Origin: an uncultured bacterium
GTDB taxonomy: Bacteria; JAJVIF01; JAPKYR01
Assembly: GCA_965369865.1 (NCBI GenBank)
Contig: CBDURU010000069.1
Span: 1-18,732 of the forward strand
Reading direction: 5' to 3'
Length of the DNA stretch: 18,732 bases
The notes under the pieces are model-generated. The model did not search any database and had not been told where the DNA came from. It saw only the letters and a list, made by a program, of their open reading frames with translations. The translations under genes and the position numbers were made by a program. Position 1 is the first letter of the stretch; each line of letters begins with the position of its first letter. Positions 5,906-14,170 of the stretch are shown here, in pieces.

Positions 5906-8900
5906 GTGACCCTCATAGGTAACATATTTGGACCAGGGCGCAAGATCGACAAGCTCCTGAAAAAGGCCGAGGATGCATTCGGTCATGGTGACTGGGAACA
6001 GTGTGCGCAGCCGACAAGCAATGTTCTAAACCTGATCGATCCGGAAAATCCTGGAAAATTTTCAAATGAGCTCCTTCGAGCCTATTATCTCAATGCGGCT
6101 GCCCATTTCAAGGCAGGGAATATCGACCGTGCACTTGAGGTGATAGAGGAAGGTCTCAGGCGCCCGGACGGTCTTGGCGATATAGCCAAGCTGTTGAGCG
6201 AGGTGGTCGAAAGCACGGACAATACGAAGGCTATCGAGCTTCTTGAACTTGCGGTAAAGAAACTCCCGAACAATAACTTCATTGCGTTCACACTATGCAA
6301 TAAATATTCCAAACTTGAAAAATTCGATGATAATTCCCTGCCGCTGTTTTCGAGGATGCACCAGCGCGCATTGGATAACAAAGATATAACATACGGCCTC
6401 GCGATGTGTTACAGGAATCTCGGGAAGTACGATCGTACCGCACTGGCAGTTTACCGCAAGGCTTTCCACGAATTTTCAACGAACAAGGATTTCCTTTACG
6501 GTCTCGCGCGGACGTACGCCAGCCAGAAAACAGTTATAACCGAAGCCCTCCCGGTGATAGAGCGTGCGTTGAAATTTTCCCCCGACGAGGAACTCTTTCT
6601 GCAGGCCAGGATCATGATCATGGTCAACCTGCCCAGCCTGACATCCGAACAGGTTCGGCTCCTTATGGATCATTTTAAGAAAACGAAGGATAAAGATCTC
6701 GCAGGGAAACTGATCGTGCATCTTCTTGCCACCCACGCGGATGATGAGGACGCGTGCAGAGTGTATGAGTTGATGTGGGCCAGTCACTCCAAGCGAACAA
6801 CCATGCTGAGCATCCTTTCGGAGAAATACCGTCTCGCGGGCCGCAAGGACAATGAAGCGATGAAGATCTTCCAGGCATTTTTCGATGAGATGCCGAGAGA
6901 GCACGAAAATACCCTGAACCTTGCCAGAAGATATGCAGAGAACGGGTCTAATGGTGAAACTCCCGTAATGGTGTTCCAGCAGGCTCTTCGGGACAATGTA
7001 AGCTCTGATGTGGACAACGTGGTCCTGGCCCTCGCGGAAGCATACATGGAGGAGAATAAAATTACGGAGGAAGCCGGGCGAATATACCGTATGGCTCACG
7101 CTGTGGAGCCTGAAAATTTAGAGATCCTGTCAGCACTGAAAGAGGTGGTTATGAAGGGCGGCCGGATCGATGGGTCGCGTGCCAACGCATTGATCAAGTA
7201 CATCAAGCATCCTGAACCGTCCGAGAAGCAGAAGAAGGAAGTCGCGGTGAAACTGGGAGCCGCGCTAGCGGAAGACGGCCGATCCGACGAGGACGCATTA
7301 AATATCTACCGGATGAATATTGAAAACCGCAAGGTGTCGAACCCGGAAGAGGATATCTTCGCGAGCATGCTCATCAAAAAGCAGGTAGCAAAGTCTGACG
7401 ATATCAAGCTTATCGAGAAAGTGTACGACCGTAAGGACACCAATGAAATGGCATTGAGCCTGGCAAGGCTCTATCTCAAATCCGGGCAATTGTCCAAAAA
7501 ACGATTACCTGTTGTACTTAGGGCCATGAAACTGGTGCCGTCCGATAAAGAACTCGGGAACTGGCTGTTACCGTATCTATTCAATAAGCACGGCGATGAC
7601 GAGAATTTTTTCGGGCAACTCGGTGAGATTGTAGGGAACGGCCACCTGAACGGAGCGAAAGGAATCAATCCCGGAGCGGTTGCCCAGACAATTACCCGTA
7701 TAGCCCGTGACAGGATTCGCGACGGGAATTTCAAGGAAGCGATCGACATCCTTATGGAGGCCTTCAAGTACGAAAAGAACCCGATACTTCAATACCTGCT
7801 CGGCGTCAGCTACCAGGGATCGGGAGATACCCAGACCGGTCTTGATATATTCAAGAATTTAAAGAAAAAGGAAAAAACAAACCCGGCATACTCATACCGT
7901 ATAGCAGTTTTAAAGCTTATGAGCGGCGAAGTCGGGGAAGCGGATACAGAGCTTAAAAGCCTGTCGAAGCAATATAACGATCATCCATTGCTCTGCCTGC
8001 GATTTGGAATGATTGAGGAATCGCGTGGCAACCCGGCAAAGGCCCTGGAACAGTACGAGATGATTAAGTCAGGGGATAAGTCGATAATAGCTTTTGCGGA
8101 CTACAGGAAAGGAATCATACATGCATCGCACGACAAATGGGAGGAGGCACACAAGCTGTTGGGACAAGCCAGTGGTGGTGGGATTACCAATCAAACACTG
8201 ACTGAAGCCTTACTCATTTCGAGGGTAAAACTCGCTGATAAGGAGATTGAAGCGAACGCGCTTGACCTGGCGGAAAGCCATGTGATAGCAATTGCCGGGA
8301 ATCGAATCCCGCCATGGTTACAGATCGCGAATGAACGATTCCTGAGGCTTGGGATTCTACGCTTTCTTGATGGCGACAGCAAGGGTGCGAAGAGGGTACT
8401 GGAATCGGGAGAAAAGACCGGAATCCGCGATGCAATCGTATCAGGCTTAATTTCGATGATCGACTTTGAAGCCGGCAAACCGAAAGCCGCGGTAGATCGC
8501 CTTGAGAGATATTTAACCCTAAGGGATAAAATCGGGGCGGAATTCGCTCACAAGCTGTGGGCTGTAATTTCCATGAGGCTCGGGAGGCATGACGAAGCAA
8601 GGGAAGCGGCTGATTGGCTGCTTGCCAATGAATCAAAAGATGCAGCCAGGCTGAGATTTCTGTCGGTATGGCGAAACCCGATCGAGGTCGACTGGCCGGC
8701 GGCACTTGATGAGTATTCGTACGATTACCTTGAGAAGGAGTTTGAATTTCCGGTCGGGCTTATCGGCAGGATGGCATACAAGTTTGCAGACTACCAGGCT
8801 GGAGCGAAGTACCTTGAGAACTATTTTAAAAATGAGAGCAAACCGGATCGGGTCGAGGCTGAATTCCTTCTCGGCCTGATGTACATCAAGCTGAAAAAGC

Positions 8901-9850
8901 CGAACCTCGGCCTTCATTACTGGAGCCAGATCCTGAGCGAAGGTTACAAGGAACGTGAGGGAAAGCAGCGCGTGGACGGGCTAATGCTTCTCGGATTTCA
9001 TTTCCTCGAACATGGTGAGCCTGAAAAGAGCCGGGAGGCATTTAAACTTGCCGGTAAAGCCGGGGCGAGCAAAGAAGAAATCGAGCGCGCAATATCATTT
9101 TCGCACCTCCAGGCCGGCTACCTCGCAGCGAAAGTCGATAACATGACTGGGGCAATAATGGAATGGGAAAGGATACTGGAAAGTGATCCGGATAACTGGC
9201 AGGCGTTACAGAACCTGGGTCTTGCATATTTCTGGACCGACAATGATGAGAAATCCCTTGATTATTTCAATCGCCTGTTTGTTGTCTGCGATACAAAACC
9301 GGAATTAATCATCGAGGAAGATTTCTCCTTCGTAATTGAGGAAACCAGGAAGATGGTCAATCAACTGGTTAACCTTATCCAAACCGAAAAGACGCGCAGC
9401 GAAGTGAAACGCGAGATGCTCCTGGATGAGATAAAGTCTGCAAACCGTCATTACTGGACGCTTGGTGTGAAAAAAGGGACCACCTCGGAGAACGCGCAGG
9501 CCAATTATTTCCGCCTGGTAAAGATCTACAATCCCGAAAAATATCCCCAGGATTTTATGGTGCTCGAAAAGGGTTATCAATTTTTCAATAAGCCCGGCCT
9601 GATAAAGAAAAACGAGCAGAAGGTATTTAACGCGTTCCATTTCAAGCAGCTTGGCATGGAGGAAACCGAGGGCCTTACTGAAATCCCACCCTCATCGGTT
9701 GTGGTGGAGTTTCTGAGGAAACAGCTCGATTTAAGAAATAATGTGGATATGGAGGTTCTGGTGAAAGAATCTTTCAAGGGGAAAGTAAGTATTCCTGAAA
9801 TTAACACGGCTCCGGATTTTTCCGTGCCGGATTACCTCGCAAGCTGGTAG
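5906..9850 (+). CDS. Large tetratricopeptide-repeat-like alpha-solenoid protein with C-terminal degenerate J (DnaJ-like) domain
   Basis: 1314 aa with no obvious signal peptide or TM segment. TPR-like units such as GAIMEWERILESDPDNWQALQNLGLAYF and NPILQYLLGVSYQGSGD. C-terminal HYWTLGVKKGTTSENAQANYFRLVKIYNPEKYPQDFMVLEKGYQFF follows the J-domain pattern (YxxLGV...Y+xLxxxxHPD...FxxxxxAY). Confidence 0.88.
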   Translation: MTLIGNIFGPGRKIDKLLKKAEDAFGHGDWEQCAQPTSNVLNLIDPENPGKFSNELLRAYYLNAAAHFKAGNIDRALEVIEEGLRRPDGLGDIAKLLSEVVESTDNTKAIELLELAVKKLPNNNFIAFTLCNKYSKLEKFDDNSLPLFSRMHQRALDNKDITYGLAMCYRNLGKYDRTALAVYRKAFHEFSTNKDFLYGLARTYASQKTVITEALPVIERALKFSPDEELFLQARIMIMVNLPSLTSEQVRLLMDHFKKTKDKDLAGKLIVHLLATHADDEDACRVYELMWASHSKRTTMLSILSEKYRLAGRKDNEAMKIFQAFFDEMPREHENTLNLARRYAENGSNGETPVMVFQQALRDNVSSDVDNVVLALAEAYMEENKITEEAGRIYRMAHAVEPENLEILSALKEVVMKGGRIDGSRANALIKYIKHPEPSEKQKKEVAVKLGAALAEDGRSDEDALNIYRMNIENRKVSNPEEDIFASMLIKKQVAKSDDIKLIEKVYDRKDTNEMALSLARLYLKSGQLSKKRLPVVLRAMKLVPSDKELGNWLLPYLFNKHGDDENFFGQLGEIVGNGHLNGAKGINPGAVAQTITRIARDRIRDGNFKEAIDILMEAFKYEKNPILQYLLGVSYQGSGDTQTGLDIFKNLKKKEKTNPAYSYRIAVLKLMSGEVGEADTELKSLSKQYNDHPLLCLRFGMIEESRGNPAKALEQYEMIKSGDKSIIAFADYRKGIIHASHDKWEEAHKLLGQASGGGITNQTLTEALLISRVKLADKEIEANALDLAESHVIAIAGNRIPPWLQIANERFLRLGILRFLDGDSKGAKRVLESGEKTGIRDAIVSGLISMIDFEAGKPKAAVDRLERYLTLRDKIGAEFAHKLWAVISMRLGRHDEAREAADWLLANESKDAARLRFLSVWRNPIEVDWPAALDEYSYDYLEKEFEFPVGLIGRMAYKFADYQAGAKYLENYFKNESKPDRVEAEFLLGLMYIKLKKPNLGLHYWSQILSEGYKEREGKQRVDGLMLLGFHFLEHGEPEKSREAFKLAGKAGASKEEIERAISFSHLQAGYLAAKVDNMTGAIMEWERILESDPDNWQALQNLGLAYFWTDNDEKSLDYFNRLFVVCDTKPELIIEEDFSFVIEETRKMVNQLVNLIQTEKTRSEVKREMLLDEIKSANRHYWTLGVKKGTTSENAQANYFRLVKIYNPEKYPQDFMVLEKGYQFFNKPGLIKKNEQKVFNAFHFKQLGMEETEGLTEIPPSSVVVEFLRKQLDLRNNVDMEVLVKESFKGKVSIPEINTAPDFSVPDYLASW

Positions 9851-10141
9851 GCAGGGGTCCCTGTTTATCCAAAAAACAAGCATTATCCCGCTTTAAAAAA
9901 AAGAATCCTCTCCCATCATGGACAGGCGCAGGGTAAAACCCGATTCAGGATTCGAGAATCTTAATATTTCAGTCAACTCGGGTTACATTAGAATTAAGGA
10001 GATTGAAAATATCCAATCTCTATAATGTTAAATACTTTTACAACTAAAGCGAAAATATGACCCTTAATGCAGATAATAATTCAGAACGTTTCGAACGGGA
10101 CGGGTGTTGCGTGTGTGTTTATTGCATTTAAGGAAAGATAG

Positions 10142-11107
10142 ATGATAGAAGTCGAAAACCTCTATAAGCGATATGGATCGACAGTCGCGGTCGACAAGAT
10201 AACCTTTAATGTCCAACAAGGTGAGATCCTGGGGTTTCTCGGACCGAATGCAGCCGGGAAAACCACAACGCTTAGAATGCTGACATGTTTCGTCCCGCCG
10301 ACCGGAGGGACGGCCAAGATTGAGGGATATGATATTTTCCACGATTCCCTGGAGGTACGTAAGAAAATCGGGTACCTCCCGGAACACGTGCCTCTTTACA
10401 TGGATATGAGGGTAAGGGACTACCTTGAATTTGTGGCAAGAGTTAAGGGTATCGGTCCAAGGGAGAGAAAAGAAGCGCTGAAAACCGTGATCGGGCAGTG
10501 CGGGTTGTCATCGGTAGAAGGAAAAATTATCAATACAATGTCAAAGGGATTCCGACAGAGGGCCGGGTTAGCCCAGGCGCTTATCGGAAATCCAGAGGTG
10601 CTGCTCCTGGATGAGCCTACTACCGGTCTGGATCCGAGACAGATCATGGAAATTCGCGATCTGATCAAGGAACTCGGCCTGGGGCATACCGTTATTCTCT
10701 CGACACATATCCTTCCGGAAGTGTCCATGATCTGCGACCGGATAATTATTATTAATAAAGGCCAGTTGGTCGCAGCCGACTCGGTAGAAAACCTGACGAA
10801 GGCTCTCACCAAAAGCCAGATGACCCAGATCAACGTGAAAGGCGATCCCGTAAGGATCAAGGAATGCCTCAAGGATGTCGAGGGTGTTCTTGCCGTTGAA
10901 CAGAAGCACGAGATGGACCTGGCGGACGGGGGTCGCGTGTACGTGGTACATTCAAGGATCGAAGGGCATATTCGCGAGGAGATTGCCCGTTCCATTGTAA
11001 ATCACGGCTTCGGGCTCCATGAAATGTTGCCGTACCATTTGTCACTAGAGGATATCTTCCTGATCCTTACTGCAGATGATTCTGAAGCCAGGGGGGGATT
11101 AAATTGA
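10142..11107 (+). CDS. ABC transporter ATP-binding protein (ABC-2/GldA-like)
   Basis: Walker A GPNAAGKTT, IGYLPE Q-loop region, signature variant MSKGFRQR, Walker B/D-loop LLLDEPTTGLDP, H-switch STHIL; C-terminal accessory domain ending SLEDIFL; AAGGAA upstream. Confidence 0.96.
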   Translation: MIEVENLYKRYGSTVAVDKITFNVQQGEILGFLGPNAAGKTTTLRMLTCFVPPTGGTAKIEGYDIFHDSLEVRKKIGYLPEHVPLYMDMRVRDYLEFVARVKGIGPRERKEALKTVIGQCGLSSVEGKIINTMSKGFRQRAGLAQALIGNPEVLLLDEPTTGLDPRQIMEIRDLIKELGLGHTVILSTHILPEVSMICDRIIIINKGQLVAADSVENLTKALTKSQMTQINVKGDPVRIKECLKDVEGVLAVEQKHEMDLADGGRVYVVHSRIEGHIREEIARSIVNHGFGLHEMLPYHLSLEDIFLILTADDSEARGGLN

Positions 11108-11814
11108 GAAACGTGGCAACAGTAGCTTCACGTGAATTGCAATCATATTTTGTCAGTCCCGTGGCATATTCGGTCGGGTTTTTCTTCCTGCTTATCCTTG
11201 GCGGATGGTTTTATTTCATTACGGTAATGGAACACAGGGAAGCCACGCTGTATGGAACGTTTAATGTCCTTGGGTACCTGTTAATCCCGGTGGCGGCTGT
11301 GATAACCATGCACCTGTTTTCCGAGGAGCGTCGAAGCGGGACAATCGAACTACTAATGACCTACCCGATCAGTGACTGGCAGGTTGTTCTTGGGAAGTAT
11401 TTTGCAAGCCTGTTTCTGTTTGTCTTCGCACTGGCGCTGACATTGCAGTACCCGTTGTTCCTGGGTCTTTTCGCAAGTCCCGACTGGGGGGTAATTCTCA
11501 CGAGTTACCTGGGAGCCTTGTTACTGGGAGCATCATTTATTTCGATAGGTATCCTCGCAAGTTCAATGACCAAGAGCGCTGTCACTGCCGCGGTTATCAG
11601 CCTGCTCGTGTTATTTACACTGAGGTTCCTGTCGGCGGGAAGCATTATAGGAGGCCCACTTGGAAGAACATTCTATTATTTATCGTTTTCCGGACAGTTC
11701 AACAATTTTTCGAATGGCCTGATCGATACGCGTGACGTGGTGTACATGCTCTCATTTATTATCTTTTCATTATTCACGGCGATTCGGATTATTGAAATAA
11801 ACAGATGGAAATAA
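11104..11814 (+). CDS. ABC-2 type permease (GldF-like)
   Basis: RELQSYFVSPVAY, FSEERRSGTIELLMTYPISDWQVVLGKY and FSNGLIDTRDVVY are typical GldF-like motifs; about six TM segments; TTG start overlaps the TGA of the ATPase gene (TTGA 11104-11107). Confidence 0.93.
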   Translation: MRNVATVASRELQSYFVSPVAYSVGFFFLLILGGWFYFITVMEHREATLYGTFNVLGYLLIPVAAVITMHLFSEERRSGTIELLMTYPISDWQVVLGKYFASLFLFVFALALTLQYPLFLGLFASPDWGVILTSYLGALLLGASFISIGILASSMTKSAVTAAVISLLVLFTLRFLSAGSIIGGPLGRTFYYLSFSGQFNNFSNGLIDTRDVVYMLSFIIFSLFTAIRIIEINRWK

Positions 11815-11829
11815 AATTTCAAGCAACTA

Positions 11830-14139
11830 TTGAATGGGTGTACCGTGACATTCGATCCAGATAAATTACGACAGGAACTTTTCGGAGACTCAATGGATGA
11901 CGAGTCGGATACCGGTTCGCCTGATTCGCCGGAGACAGAACAACCAGGGACTCCCGACTCACAGGAATCCCTTCCACGCGACGAAGGTACCGGTGAGCAG
12001 CCTGTGACCGAGGAGCCTGAACGGGAAATCCTGTCGGTTCCTGAAAAACCGCATGCTGAAGAAACTCCCGAAATTACCGGGGAACCGGTCTCAAGTCCTG
12101 ACCAGGAAGCTTACAATCATTCCCAAGAGCCAACTATAACTTCAAGCCAGACCGGGTTCGGGGGTCTTGACACGACTGAACCGGAAAGAAGATCGGTGTT
12201 CGAGAGGATCGAACAGGAAGCTATCCAAAAAACCGCGCCTGAACATCTGGAGCCGGGGATTAAGAAGGTTCAGCCAAAGCCAGAACCGAAATCAGAGCAG
12301 AAATCGGAGAGGGCGGCTCCTGAAGCTTCTGATGAAGGTCACGCGGATAGATTCGCTCCTATCCGGGAGGCACTTACACGCGGAAGCGCGGAGATAATAA
12401 CTCCTTCGCTGGAGGTTCCGGAGCCGGAATCTGACGCTGGAAAGGCCGAGGAACCGGATGAAACGAAAGCCGGCCTGAAGAAGAAAAAAGGCCGGGTAAA
12501 GGCACGTGTGAAACCCGAAGAGATCCGATCACCATCGCCATTAACAGTACTGATGTTCTTCGGTGGAATAATTTCACTGATTGGCGCGTCGGTAGCTCTT
12601 GGTTTAGGCCGTACAGATACTCCGGTAACGGCACTCGGCGGAATTGGAGTCCTGCTGGTTGGGATATTCGCATTGATAAACAGGACCTGGCTCCGGTTGA
12701 TTTTGACAGCAAGGAGCGTCAAGTACGGCGCGAACGTAATGATGGTAATCGTCAGCCTTCTCGGCATCATGGTGTTCTTGAATATAATTTCCTACCGGTA
12801 CTACTATCGTCTCGACCTTTCGGCGGAAGGGCATAATACACTCTCACAGCAGTCGCTTAGTGTAATAGGCGATATCAACCGGGCGGGTGAAACGATAACC
12901 GTCACCGCGTTTACACAGGCCGATTCCGGATATCGTGAAATGATAGAAAGCCTGATGAATCTGTATCTTTATAAAACGTCCTGCATTAAGTTCAGCTTCG
13001 TAGATCCCGATATCCAGCGTGATCTGGCTGAAAGCAAGGGAATCCAGAGATACCCGAGTATCCTGTTTGAGCTTGGGAATAAACGCTCGGTAATTTCCGA
13101 TGTATCGGAACCCCATTACACATCGGCGCTGCTTGCCGTAAGGCAGACACATTCGCGACTCGTGTCCTTCCTTTCGGGGCACGGGGAGCCGGACCCGTTC
13201 TCGTATGACGACGATCTGACTGGTTTGAGCCAATTTAAAACACAACTTGAACTGGAGGGCTACGAGGTCAACTTACTGAATATCCCGGCTGAGAACGGTG
13301 TTCCGCCGGAAACGAGTTTGCTTGTTATTGCGGCGCCGGAAAGGGATTTGACCGCATGGGAAATCGGAACGATTGAGACATTTCTGGATAACGGCGGCAG
13401 CTTAATGTGTCTTCTCGAACCCGGGGAGCATGGCGGGCTCAATAACCTTTTAATTGCTTATGGGATTATCCTGAACGATGATATCGTTCTGGATGACGAA
13501 AACAATGCATTTGGTGAGATCACGTCTTTGCTCGTTACCGGTAATTACATGCACCCAATCATGGAAAAACTCAGTAGCGGTTCAGACCTTCTTTTCCTGA
13601 ATACGGGGAGCTTAAGCTTCACACCATCCAGGCTTCCCGGAGTGGATACGGAAAGCCTCGCCAGATCGTCGGGATCGAGTTGGAGTGCGACCGGCGACGT
13701 TCTCGAGTTCGATGAGGATGTTAATACCCGGAACGCGTACGATCTGGCGGTTATCGCGACCCGCCAACTCGGTCGGGGAGATGTGCCGCCGGATGAATCC
13801 TGGGCGGTACCTGGAACCGAAACGGAACCGGCGGAAGCATCTGAAACATCTGAATCAACTGAATCAACTGAGAACCTGGCCCAGGTCCTGGTCGCAGGCG
13901 ATACGAGCTTCGCGCTTAATGCGAACATAGATTCCAGTTTTAACAAGGATTTCGTGATGAACGCTGTAAATTTTCTGACATCGAGGGAGGATCTTATCAG
14001 CATACGCCCGAATCTGCGCAAGGACCGTCCCCTCGACCTTAGCAGGATACAGCAGGGCATAATATTTGCTGTCAGTGTGTTCCTCACCCCGCTTCTGGTA
14101 GCTGCGGTGGGGGGTCTGGTCTGGTGGAAACGTCATTGA
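11830..14139 (+). CDS. GldG-like ABC transporter auxiliary component with long acidic N-terminal extension
   Basis: KYGAN...RLDLSAEGHNTLSQQS, FVDPD, FLSGHGE, LVIAAPERD, VAGDTSF...NKDFVMNAVNFL and a C-terminal TM ending WWKRH match the GldG/ABC_transp_aux pattern. Start uncertain: TTG 11830, GTG 11845 or ATG 11893 (GGAG upstream). Confidence 0.9.
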   Translation: MNGCTVTFDPDKLRQELFGDSMDDESDTGSPDSPETEQPGTPDSQESLPRDEGTGEQPVTEEPEREILSVPEKPHAEETPEITGEPVSSPDQEAYNHSQEPTITSSQTGFGGLDTTEPERRSVFERIEQEAIQKTAPEHLEPGIKKVQPKPEPKSEQKSERAAPEASDEGHADRFAPIREALTRGSAEIITPSLEVPEPESDAGKAEEPDETKAGLKKKKGRVKARVKPEEIRSPSPLTVLMFFGGIISLIGASVALGLGRTDTPVTALGGIGVLLVGIFALINRTWLRLILTARSVKYGANVMMVIVSLLGIMVFLNIISYRYYYRLDLSAEGHNTLSQQSLSVIGDINRAGETITVTAFTQADSGYREMIESLMNLYLYKTSCIKFSFVDPDIQRDLAESKGIQRYPSILFELGNKRSVISDVSEPHYTSALLAVRQTHSRLVSFLSGHGEPDPFSYDDDLTGLSQFKTQLELEGYEVNLLNIPAENGVPPETSLLVIAAPERDLTAWEIGTIETFLDNGGSLMCLLEPGEHGGLNNLLIAYGIILNDDIVLDDENNAFGEITSLLVTGNYMHPIMEKLSSGSDLLFLNTGSLSFTPSRLPGVDTESLARSSGSSWSATGDVLEFDEDVNTRNAYDLAVIATRQLGRGDVPPDESWAVPGTETEPAEASETSESTESTENLAQVLVAGDTSFALNANIDSSFNKDFVMNAVNFLTSREDLISIRPNLRKDRPLDLSRIQQGIIFAVSVFLTPLLVAAVGGLVWWKRH
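13834..13869 (+). repeat. In-frame 9-nt tandem repeat (4 degenerate copies) encoding EAS-ETS-EST-EST
   Basis: GAAGCATCT GAAACATCT GAATCAACT GAATCAACT inside the GldG-like gene. Confidence 0.8.
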
Positions 14140-14170
14140 GTCAATTAACATAACCAAGTCAGGTTAAGCC

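Noticed and set aside
6476..7099. 207-aa antisense ORF in the TPR gene, and similar antisense ORFs in the ABC operon
   Set aside because: Typical antisense open frames opposite well-supported genes; no independent coding evidence.
9852..9960. Short palindromes (CAGGG-GT-CCCTG, GGGT-AAA-ACCC) and a GGACAGGCG match after the TPR gene
   Set aside because: Stems too short, no U-tract and no riboswitch consensus recognised; the 9-nt match to the repeat family could be chance.
9996..10047. AAGGAG followed by a 14-codon TTG ORF (MKISNLYNVKYFYN) as a possible leader peptide
   Set aside because: Only 1 nt between SD and start codon, no attenuator structure, and the stretch looks like AT-rich promoter DNA.
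11091..11097. G7 tract at the ATPase/permease junction as a phase-variation site
   Set aside because: Short tract that doubles as Arg-Gly-Gly codons and the permease SD; no frameshift is present.
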